Below, piece after piece: positions 1-7,983 of a stretch of DNA of 64,000 nt. The number at the start of each line of letters is the position of its first letter. Positions within the stretch are counted from its first letter, which is position 1. The notes under the pieces are model-generated. The model did no database searches, was not told the DNA's origin, and worked only from the letters and a program-made list of their open reading frames with translations. Source of the DNA: a candidate division FCPU426 bacterium (GTDB lineage Bacteria; Oederibacteriota; Muellerivitia; Muellerivitales; Muellerivitaceae). The stretch is taken from contig CAWCKJ010000003.1 of assembly GCA_963796105.1 (NCBI GenBank), positions 320,001-384,000 of the forward strand, read 5' to 3'. The translations under genes and the position numbers were made by a program.

Positions 1-2067
1 AAAACCGGGAATCTGACCCAAAAGACTACTTTTGACCATAACACAATTACCTACGGTTACGATGGCCTAACTGATCGCTTGACGAGCGTTTCCAGCACGA
101 ACCGCAACGAGGCTTACCAATACGACAACCTGGGAAGAAGAACTCAGATGAACGTTAATAACTTGTTAACCACCTTCACCTATGATAGGCGCGACCGTCT
201 CTCCACCAAGACGGCCTATACTTCTTCTTCCTCGACCCTCTACGCCCTTTCATACGGCTACGACTCAGTGGGGAACGTGAACAGCATCCAGATGTCGAAC
301 GATTCAAATGGACCATCTGTTACTTACGACTACGACAGGGCCAACAAGTTGATCCATGTGAACGATAATCATCTTGGCACAACAGCCTACAGCTACGACA
401 ACTCCAACAACCTTCAAACCATGGGCTACACCAACGGGGTGACCCACACCTGGGGATATGACAACCGCAACCGCCTCACCAGCCTGACTGTGACGGGGCC
501 AAACTCGCCTGTGACCATAAACTCATATGGATATACCCTGAACGGGGCTGGGGCCAGGATCAACGTGGTGGAAGCCACCAGTCGCAAGATCAACTGGACC
601 TACGACAACCTCATGAGACTTACCGGTGAAAACATCACTTCCCTCAACATCCCCGACCCCACCGGACAGGTGAACTACGCCTACGACAATGTGGGGAACC
701 GCTTGAACCTGAACGGGAGCTTCGCGGCGGCAACGACCGTCATATCCAGCCAAAACTTCAATGGGTCATATGACACCAATGATAGGCTGACGGCGGGGTA
801 CACCTACTCCGACGGAGGGAACACGCTAACGGACCCGCAAGGAAACACCTACACCTACGACGCAGAAAACCACCTTATTTCCGTAACAGGTTCGAGCCTA
901 AATGCGATCTACGAATATGATGGCGACGGGAACCGCACCGCCAAAACCCTGAACGGAGTGAGAACAAACTACGTCGTGGATACGGTCAACCCCACAGGTT
1001 ACAGCCAGGTTCTGGCGGAAATCCAAAACGGCCAAGTTGTGAAGAGGTACACCTATGGGCATATGCTCATATCGCTGGAACAACCAGTCAACAGCTCATG
1101 GACAGCCAGTTATTACTGTTTGGACGGCCAGAACAGCGTGAGGAACCTGACGGATGCCAACGGCAATGTGACTGATTCGTACCAGTTTGACGCCTTTGGT
1201 AACATGATCGCCCAGACTCACGCAGGAACACCCACTCCCAACAATATGCGCGCTTTCGGGGAATACCAGGACAGTGACACCAACCTGATCTACTTGAGGG
1301 CCAGGTGGACAAACCCCGTCCTTGGCCGTTTCCAGACGATGGATGTGGATGAAGGTGACCTATATGACCCGATCTCTCTCCACAAATATCAGGCATTTTC
1401 TAATAACCCAATAAATAATGTCGATCCAAGTGGGAATGATGATTATTCAATTGGGACCAGTTATTTTAGTAGTGGTTTTAGCATTTCGAATACCGTTGGT
1501 TCTGCGGAAAGTAATTTATTACAGGGTGTATTTTCTGTACAAGTTGAATTGTTAGATCCGCCTAATTTTATTGATTTAAGACAACTTGTTGGAGTGATAT
1601 TTGCAGAGTCTCAAACAAGCGGATTGGGAGGTGATAATTTAGACGAACAAGAAGCCATAGGTTTGACTTTTGAAAATCGCGTGTATTACCGTCGAATGTA
1701 TCCAAGATATAACGGGGCTTTTGGAAATGGCACAATGATAAGTGCTATAAGAACAGGTTCTAAGGCATATGATCAACCGCGATGGAATTTGATCATGGCT
1801 AATAATGACTTAAAATATATGTACGAAATAGATTCTCTTTTAAAAACGCCTGGCGACAGAATACATTTTAATGATGCAGTAAATACTTCTTTTAGGGTTA
1901 ATCAAGAAAGTGTTCCGGCGGTCCAAATGACATTGGACAGCCAAGTACCTCCTGTAGCATTTAATAAATCCCCGAGTCAAACACCACCGAGTACCAGAAT
2001 GAGATATTTAGGATACTTAGGGTGTCATAATTTCTACGGATTTAAAGATAAAAGGTGGGTTCAATGA
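1..2067 (+). CDS. Rhs/YD-repeat polymorphic toxin (5' part outside window) with C-terminal SleB/Hydrolase_2-like cell wall hydrolase domain
   Basis: Frame is open from base 1. Many YD repeats, Rhs core 'LIYLRARW...GRF...NNPINNVDPSG'. C-terminal region (from 1435) is AT-richer and contains 'LVGVIFAES...EAIGLTFENRV...YLGCHNFY'. Confidence 0.9.
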   Translation, partial: KTGNLTQKTTFDHNTITYGYDGLTDRLTSVSSTNRNEAYQYDNLGRRTQMNVNNLLTTFTYDRRDRLSTKTAYTSSSSTLYALSYGYDSVGNVNSIQMSNDSNGPSVTYDYDRANKLIHVNDNHLGTTAYSYDNSNNLQTMGYTNGVTHTWGYDNRNRLTSLTVTGPNSPVTINSYGYTLNGAGARINVVEATSRKINWTYDNLMRLTGENITSLNIPDPTGQVNYAYDNVGNRLNLNGSFAAATTVISSQNFNGSYDTNDRLTAGYTYSDGGNTLTDPQGNTYTYDAENHLISVTGSSLNAIYEYDGDGNRTAKTLNGVRTNYVVDTVNPTGYSQVLAEIQNGQVVKRYTYGHMLISLEQPVNSSWTASYYCLDGQNSVRNLTDANGNVTDSYQFDAFGNMIAQTHAGTPTPNNMRAFGEYQDSDTNLIYLRARWTNPVLGRFQTMDVDEGDLYDPISLHKYQAFSNNPINNVDPSGNDDYSIGTSYFSSGFSISNTVGSAESNLLQGVFSVQVELLDPPNFIDLRQLVGVIFAESQTSGLGGDNLDEQEAIGLTFENRVYYRRMYPRYNGAFGNGTMISAIRTGSKAYDQPRWNLIMANNDLKYMYEIDSLLKTPGDRIHFNDAVNTSFRVNQESVPAVQMTLDSQVPPVAFNKSPSQTPPSTRMRYLGYLGCHNFYGFKDKRWVQ

Positions 2068-2906
2068 TAAAGAAATATTATTTTTTTATTCTACTTTTTG
2101 TTTTTGCCGCGCCCATGAAATGTCTTGCAGATAAACTTGATGGATTTCCTAATGAATCCGGAAGGGAAAAGGAACTCGCAACACTCGTTGGCGAGGCGTA
2201 CGTGTGGAATCATTATTGGTACAACGACTGGGGAAAAGATTTCGAAAAGGTTTTTAAAGTTGGCAGAAAAGAAAAAATTGGAGTTTGTTTGATCGATAAC
2301 AAGATGAAAGAGGAAAAAGGCTACGGCATTTTTTTTGATAAATTACCCGCCGAACTGTTTTTTTACAAACAGAATAACTCTTGGTACGCCCCGGATGTTA
2401 GTTGTGATTACATTGACGAGCGAACTTCGAAAAAACAAAATATAAAAGATTATATTGATTTTAAGGCCAAGCAATCAGCCCCGATCAAAGAATTCAGCGT
2501 TTTTTTCGACAAGGAAGTTTTGAATGTTCTGAATTTCGGCCCTTTCAATGGGGAAAAACGGAAGTTTGTGAAGGAAATATTTTTGGATAGGATTTTAAAA
2601 GGCAGCGACCTTGAATTTATCCAAAAGAACGAAGAAAACTCGAAGAAAGGCATCTTGATCAAGGTTGGAAATTTTAATTTCAATTACCCTATTTTTTATT
2701 ATTACGTCGAAGGTTTAAATGACGACGAAGGCATTCCCTATCTTGGTTTTGTCAATTTTGATACTGAAACCCGTAAAGTATTTCAGGACGATTTAATTAG
2801 CGGTGAAGTACAACCGATTAAAAGAAAATACAAAAACGCATTAAAACGCATTGACCAAACAGGACTGACACTCAGATATATGAATGGACGGTTCGAGGAT
2901 GATTAA
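2064..2906 (+). CDS. Putative exported immunity protein for Rhs toxin 1
   Basis: ATGA overlap with the toxin stop codon. Signal-peptide-like N-terminus MIKKYYFFILLFVFAAPMKCLA. AT-rich. Function inferred from position only. Confidence 0.65.
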   Translation: MIKKYYFFILLFVFAAPMKCLADKLDGFPNESGREKELATLVGEAYVWNHYWYNDWGKDFEKVFKVGRKEKIGVCLIDNKMKEEKGYGIFFDKLPAELFFYKQNNSWYAPDVSCDYIDERTSKKQNIKDYIDFKAKQSAPIKEFSVFFDKEVLNVLNFGPFNGEKRKFVKEIFLDRILKGSDLEFIQKNEENSKKGILIKVGNFNFNYPIFYYYVEGLNDDEGIPYLGFVNFDTETRKVFQDDLISGEVQPIKRKYKNALKRIDQTGLTLRYMNGRFEDD

Positions 2907-2909
2907 AAA

Positions 2910-3254
2910 ATGGAAAATATGAAACGTTTAGTATTTGTTTTGATCCTGATGATGGCCCAAGGTGTGGTCTTTGGTGCAGCCCAGCCCAACCCCATCAACA
3001 CCCAGATCAAGCGAACACCCATGGACAGGGTTGTGATCCGTCTCCGTCAGCAGAATATCCAAATCCAGCGGGATTTACGAGCGGGGAAGCTGACCAAGGA
3101 CCAAGCTAAGACCCTGAAGGTTCAGGTAGAGACCATCCGCTAACAACAGATAACTTTTTTGAAGCAGAACGGCACCAAGACGCTGACTGATGCCCAGGTA
3201 GCGCAGTTGAACGGGCAGTTGAACGCCCTTTCGAAGTCGATTCCTATTAGGTAA
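2910..3254 (+). pseudogene. Small secreted helical protein A, copy 1, interrupted by in-frame TAA at 3141-3143
   Basis: Frame continues after the TAA with QQITFLKQNGTKTLTDAQVAQLNGQLNALSKSIPIR*, nearly identical to intact copy 2 (6066-6416), which has AAA (Lys) at that codon. Confidence 0.8.
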
Positions 3255-3285
3255 CAATCAATTTATTTTAAAAAAGGAGGCAGTT

Positions 3286-3648
3286 ATGAAGCGTTTAATT
3301 TTGGTCGCTGTGGCGGCGATAATCACAATGGGGGTAAGCCTGGCCCAGGCGACAACGTCCGCGCCGACGCCGGGACCCAAGGCTGTTTCTGCTCCCAAAG
3401 CGGTCGTGACGCCTAACCCCGCTTTGAAGAACATAAATATAAAGATGATGGAGCAAATGCGGGATATCGCCAAGGCCCAGCACTCAGGGAAAATTACGAA
3501 AGACCAGGCCAAGGGCTTGCGGGACAAGGTGAAGTCCATCCGTAAGCAACAACTGGACTTCATGAAGGCCAACGGGAAGAAGGCCATGACTCCTGACCAG
3601 GAGAGCCAAATCAACCAGGCCCTCGACGAGAACGCTATGGCTCTGTAA
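3286..3648 (+). CDS. Small secreted helical protein B, copy 1
   Basis: AAGGAGG RBS, signal peptide ending SLAQA, Pro/Thr linker; near-identical paralogue at 6460-6846. Confidence 0.85.
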   Translation: MKRLILVAVAAIITMGVSLAQATTSAPTPGPKAVSAPKAVVTPNPALKNINIKMMEQMRDIAKAQHSGKITKDQAKGLRDKVKSIRKQQLDFMKANGKKAMTPDQESQINQALDENAMAL

Positions 3649-3762
3649 AAACCCAATTTAGAAAATAGGCCAGATGAAGCAGTATTTAGGACGTACCTAT
3701 GATTACGACGCGGAAGCGGAAAAAGGCTAGTAAAGATCAGAATGACAATTTAGGGCCAACTG

Positions 3763-3807
3763 AACCCCGTAGAGGCGGCACAACGCTTTTACGGGGTTTT
3801 TCTTTTT
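3763..3807 (+). terminator. Intrinsic terminator closing module 1
   Basis: Stem AACCCCGTAGAGGCG / CGCTTTTACGGGGTT (with G:U pairs), 6-nt loop, followed by a T-rich tract. Confidence 0.8.
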
Positions 3808-3823
3808 CATCTGATCAACTTGT

Positions 3824-5489
3824 CAGGGCCAACAAGTTGATCAGAACCAATGATAATCATCTTGGCACAACAGCCTACAGCTACGACAACTCCAACAACC
3901 TTCAAACCATGGGCTACACCAACGGGGTGACCCACACCTGGGGATATGACAACCGCAACCGCCTCACCAACCTGACGGTGACAGGTCCAAACTCGCCTGT
4001 GACCATAAACTCATATGGATATACCCTGAACGGGGCTGGGGCGAGGACCAACGTGGTGGAAGCCACCAGCCGCAAGATCAACTGGACCTACGACAACCTG
4101 ATGAGACTTACCGGTGAAAACATCACTTCCCTCAACATCCCTGACCCCACTGGTGGTGTCACTTATACCTACGACAGCGTGGGGAACCGATTGAACCTGA
4201 ATGGCAATCTTGCGGCGGCAACGACCGTCATATCCAGCCAAAACTTCAATGGAGCATATGACACCAATGATAGGCTGACGGCGGGGTACACCTACTCTGA
4301 TGGCGGAAACACACTGACCGATCAAAGTAACAACAGTTACACCTACGACGCCGAAAACCACCTTGTTTCTGTAGCAATTCCTAACTCCTCACTCTTACCT
4401 ACTAACTCGACTGTGTCGTACGAGTACGACGGAGATGGGAATCGCACTGCCAAGATTCTGAACGGCGTGAGGACAGATTACGTGGTAGATACAGTAAATC
4501 CAACCGGTTACAGCCAAGTCCTCGCTGAAATTCAGAACGGCCAAGTTGTGAAGAGGTTCACCTTCGGCCACATGCTGATATCGCAGGAAGCCTCGAATGG
4601 TTCTTCGTTTGTTGTCAGCTACTACTGTTTGGACGGCCAGAACAGCGTGAGGAACCTGACGGATGCCAACGGCAATGTGACAGATTCGTTCCAATTCGAT
4701 GCGTATGGAAATTTGCTCTACAGCAACGGAACAACCAACAACGATTATTTATATAACGGGGAAAGGATGGACCATGAGACTGGGAACTATTATCTGAGAG
4801 CAAGGTATATGAACCCGGCGATTGGGAGATTTACGGGGATGGATAGCTTTGAGGGTGACAGCCAGGACCCAATTAGCCTACATAAGTATGAATTTGTGGC
4901 CAACAATCCAGTAAATTTAACCGATCCGGATGGGCATGAATTTGATATTTGTAGTTTAGCAATGTCAGCAGCAATTGTCGGAATTTTGGCTACGTTTCCC
5001 AGTGTTTCTGAAGCTGGTACTGCCAAAGAAGCTAATATTATTGTGTTAATAACAGATTTTAATAATGCTTCAGTGGATACGGGAATTAATGTAAATGTTT
5101 TAGGCTCTTTGGGTTGGTCAGAAAGTGCAAATGGTGCGCTAGGTTATTGGGACAGAAATACGCACAACAGCCCGAACGCGCACGGAATAATGCAATTGTG
5201 GGGACCTGAAAATGAGGGGCTAAGTGATGCCGATAACATTGAAAAAGGTGCAAAAATCCTTAAGGAAAAAGTCAATGACGCGAAGAAAATTAAACACAAA
5301 CTATACGGACAAAGTCTAACTCCCGCCCAATTAGCAGATTCTTGGTTTATACCTATAGCGCTTTATAAAGCGAGCTTAAAAAACGCAAGTACATGGGAAA
5401 ACCAAATTTATTCTTCTTGGCCAAATGTAGAGGGTACTTTTAAAACTCCCACTTTATTAAGAACACTTTGGGCACAAAACGCAAAATAA
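3824..5489 (+). CDS. Orphan (5'-truncated) Rhs core with C-terminal SLT-like lytic transglycosylase toxin domain
   Basis: Identity to Rhs1 begins abruptly at 3824 (= base 336). Core ends NNPVNLTDPDG. C-terminal domain has 'WSES', 'AHGIMQL', 'NIEKGAKIL', 'IALY'. The ORF-track start at 3699 runs through a terminator and is probably not genuine. Confidence 0.85.
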
Positions 5490-5514
5490 ATGAATGGGTA
5501 AAAGGAGAGATTTT

Positions 5515-6054
5515 ATGAACTGGTTAAAGAAATTGAGTTTAGTGATTATGATTTTCTTAACATCAGGAACATCTTTATTTGCCGTATCACAAGACAAAAT
5601 CAATGTTTTTCTTCAAGAGTTTATCGATGGTAAACCCACTGACGAATTTATTCATTTTTCATTAATTATTTATTCAATGTCTGAAAAAGAAAGCGGAAAG
5701 TGGTTGCTTACTGAAGAAACATTCTCAAATATAAAAGATCAAAAGTTTACAACTTTAAATTTAATTCAATCTCGTTCAAATGATGATTATGACACACCGC
5801 TACTTAGTGATGTCGTTTGGACCCCTGGCAAAGAATTGAAGTGCACTTATATGCCATTTAGAGGAATGGATATTAAGTTGAAAGCGGAAAAAAGGCGTAC
5901 CGGTAAATATGATTGGGATGTTTATTGTGTAGGTTCATACAAGTTGACAGCTAACGATAAAACCCATAAATGGGAATTTAAAAGCACACGAGAACAAACA
6001 CTCGAATTTAATAAGCTTCAATTTCAGAGTTTATATTACAGAAAAGATAAGTGA
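5515..6054 (+). CDS. Putative exported immunity protein for Rhs toxin 2
   Basis: AAGGAG RBS before ATG 5515. Signal peptide MNWLKKLSLVIMIFLTSGTSLFA. AT-rich, directly after the toxin, no evident similarity to immunity 1. Confidence 0.65.
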   Translation: MNWLKKLSLVIMIFLTSGTSLFAVSQDKINVFLQEFIDGKPTDEFIHFSLIIYSMSEKESGKWLLTEETFSNIKDQKFTTLNLIQSRSNDDYDTPLLSDVVWTPGKELKCTYMPFRGMDIKLKAEKRRTGKYDWDVYCVGSYKLTANDKTHKWEFKSTREQTLEFNKLQFQSLYYRKDK

Positions 6055-6065
6055 TTGGTTTTAAA

Positions 6066-6416
6066 ATGAAAAAGCGTTTTATAAAATTCATCGTTTTCTT
6101 CTGTGCTTTATTCATGAACCAAAGCATGATCTTTGCCTTGCCCCAACCCACACCTGTCAACGTTCATATTCAACGTTCTCCAATGGAAAAAGTTGTCATC
6201 CGTTTACGCCAGCAGAACATCCAAATCCAACGGGATTTGAGGGCAGGCAAGCTGACCAAGGACCAGGCCAAGTCCCTCAAGGCCCAGGTGGAAACCATTC
6301 GAAAACAGGAAATCACCTTCCTAAAACAGAACGGCACCAAGACTTTGACCGATGCCCAGGTGGTGCAATTGAACGGGCAGTTGAATGCCCTTTCGAAGTC
6401 GATTCCTATTAGATGA
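6066..6416 (+). CDS. Small secreted helical protein A, copy 2 (intact)
   Basis: Signal peptide, then IQRDLRAGKLTKDQAK...NGTKTLTDAQ; paralogue of 2910-3254. Confidence 0.85.
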   Translation: MKKRFIKFIVFFCALFMNQSMIFALPQPTPVNVHIQRSPMEKVVIRLRQQNIQIQRDLRAGKLTKDQAKSLKAQVETIRKQEITFLKQNGTKTLTDAQVVQLNGQLNALSKSIPIR

Positions 6417-6459
6417 CTAATAGTTTATTTCGAAAATATTTTAAAAAAGGAGGCGGTTT

Positions 6460-6846
6460 ATGAAACGTTTTATTTTAGTTGCTGTGACGGCGATTATCAC
6501 GATGGGGGTAAGCCTGGCCCAGGCGGCAACGACCGCACCGACGCCTGGCACCAAGGCGGTGGCACCAATGCCGACTAGGGTTGCGTTACCCAAGGGGGTT
6601 GTGACGCCTAACCCCGCTTTGAAGAATATTAATATAAAGATGATGGAGCAAATGCGGGACATCGCCAAGGCCCAGCACTCAGGCAAAATCACGAAGGACC
6701 AGGCCAAGGTCTTGCGGGACAAGGTGAAATCCATTCGCAAGCAACAACTGGACTTCATGAAAGCCAATGGGAAGAAGGCCATGACTCCGGACCAGGAGAG
6801 CCAAATTAACCAGGCCCTCGACGCCAACGCCAAGACGCTCCAATAA
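6460..6846 (+). CDS. Small secreted helical protein B, copy 2
   Basis: AAGGAGG RBS, signal peptide; mature part almost identical to 3286-3648. Confidence 0.85.
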   Translation: MKRFILVAVTAIITMGVSLAQAATTAPTPGTKAVAPMPTRVALPKGVVTPNPALKNINIKMMEQMRDIAKAQHSGKITKDQAKVLRDKVKSIRKQQLDFMKANGKKAMTPDQESQINQALDANAKTLQ

Positions 6847-6905
6847 ACAAGTAGGGAATTGCGTTTCATCCATGTGAAGGTGTCTAGATATGCCTAAACA
6901 CACTC

Positions 6906-6937
6906 AAGGCTGGGGTTTCTCCCAGCCCTTTTCTTTT
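6906..6937 (+). terminator. Intrinsic terminator closing module 2
   Basis: GGCTGGG-N6-CCCAGCC followed by CTTTTCTTTT. Confidence 0.75.
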
Positions 6938-7015
6938 CTCGCCGATTCTTCAATTCCTAATTCAACATTCAAAATTCCTAATTCGGGCGGTATTCCCTTG
7001 GAATCCGCCCGTTGT

Positions 7016-7646
7016 GACCGTCTCTCCACCAAGACGGCCTATACTGCTTCCTCCTCGACCCTCTACGCCCTTTCATATGGCTACGACTCAGTGGGGAACG
7101 TGAACAGCATCCAGATGTCGAACGATTCAAATGGACCATCTGTTACTTACGACTACGACAGGGCCAACAAGTTGATCAGAACCAACGATAATCATCTTGG
7201 CACAACAGCCTACGGATACGACAACTCCAACAACCTTCAATCCATGGGCTACACCAACGGGGTGACCCACACCTGGGGATACGACAAACGCAACCGCCTC
7301 ACCAGCCTAACGGTGACGGGGCCAAACTCGCCTGTGACCATAAACTCATATGGATATACCCTGAACGGGGCTGGGGTGAGGACCAACGTGGTGGAAGCCA
7401 CCAGCCGCAAGATCAACTGGACCTACGACAACCTCATGAGACTTACCGGTGAAAACATCACTTCCCTCAACATCCCCGACCCGACAGGACAGGTGAACTA
7501 CGCCTATGACAGCGTGGGAAACCGCTTGAATCTGAACGGAAGCCTTGCGGCGGCCATGACCGTCATATCCAGCCAAAACTTCAATGGGGCATATGACGCC
7601 AACGACCGCTTGACGGTGGGGCACACCTACTCAGATGGAGGGAACA
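7016..7646 (+). pseudogene. Rhs core fragment lacking both the N-terminus and the C-terminal toxin
   Basis: Near-identical to bases 193-822. Similarity starts and stops abruptly; no DPxG motif follows. Confidence 0.85.
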
Positions 7647-7746
7647 TTATTGGAAATACTATGGAAATTGAGTCCTTTAATAGTAATCTCACATGATGGT
7701 TGCGATGCCCCGCATGACCAGCTTGCTCCAGGTCTCCAAGTTTGAT

Positions 7747-7775
7747 ATAAGTATGGCAAGCAATGCCATACTTAT
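7747..7775. promoter_or_regulatory. Palindromic operator upstream of vapBC
   Basis: Perfect 12-bp inverted repeat ATAAGTATGGCA-N5-TGCCATACTTAT directly before the GGAGG RBS; typical of type II TA autorepression. Confidence 0.7.
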
Positions 7776-7785
7776 GGAGGACGAA

Positions 7786-7983
7786 ATGAAAATCACAACC
7801 CATATCGACGAAGATCTTTTAAAACGGGCAAAACAAAAAACAGGAATTGTCTCTCAAAGGGAAGTCCTGGAAACTGGATTACGCAACTTATTGGCGGACA
7901 TTCAAAGAAAAAGTTTCGTGAAGGATTTCGATAAGTTTCGCCTCGATCTAACGATCAAGCAACTCAAAGAGTCCAGAAATTGA
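7786..7983 (+). CDS. vapB: Type II antitoxin, VapB family
   Basis: MKITTHIDEDLLKRAK...REVLETGLRNLL pattern; GGAGG RBS; overlaps a PIN-domain gene. Confidence 0.8.
   Translation: MKITTHIDEDLLKRAKQKTGIVSQREVLETGLRNLLADIQRKSFVKDFDKFRLDLTIKQLKESRN

Noticed and set aside
3141..3143. Stop-codon reassignment or programmed readthrough
   Set aside because: TAA, TAG and TGA all terminate conserved genes in this window; an isolated point change is simpler.
3699..3823. ORF-track N-terminus of Rhs2 (MITTRKRKK...)
   Set aside because: No Rhs similarity, no clear RBS, and it crosses a terminator; a chance in-frame extension.
3258..6869. Antisense ORFs 3258-3656 and 6441-6869 that resemble each other
   Set aside because: They are shadows of the duplicated B genes, which have an RBS and signal peptides on the + strand.
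6890..7015. ORF-track N-terminus of the third Rhs fragment
   Set aside because: Consists of terminator, heptamer repeats and a hairpin; not protein-like.
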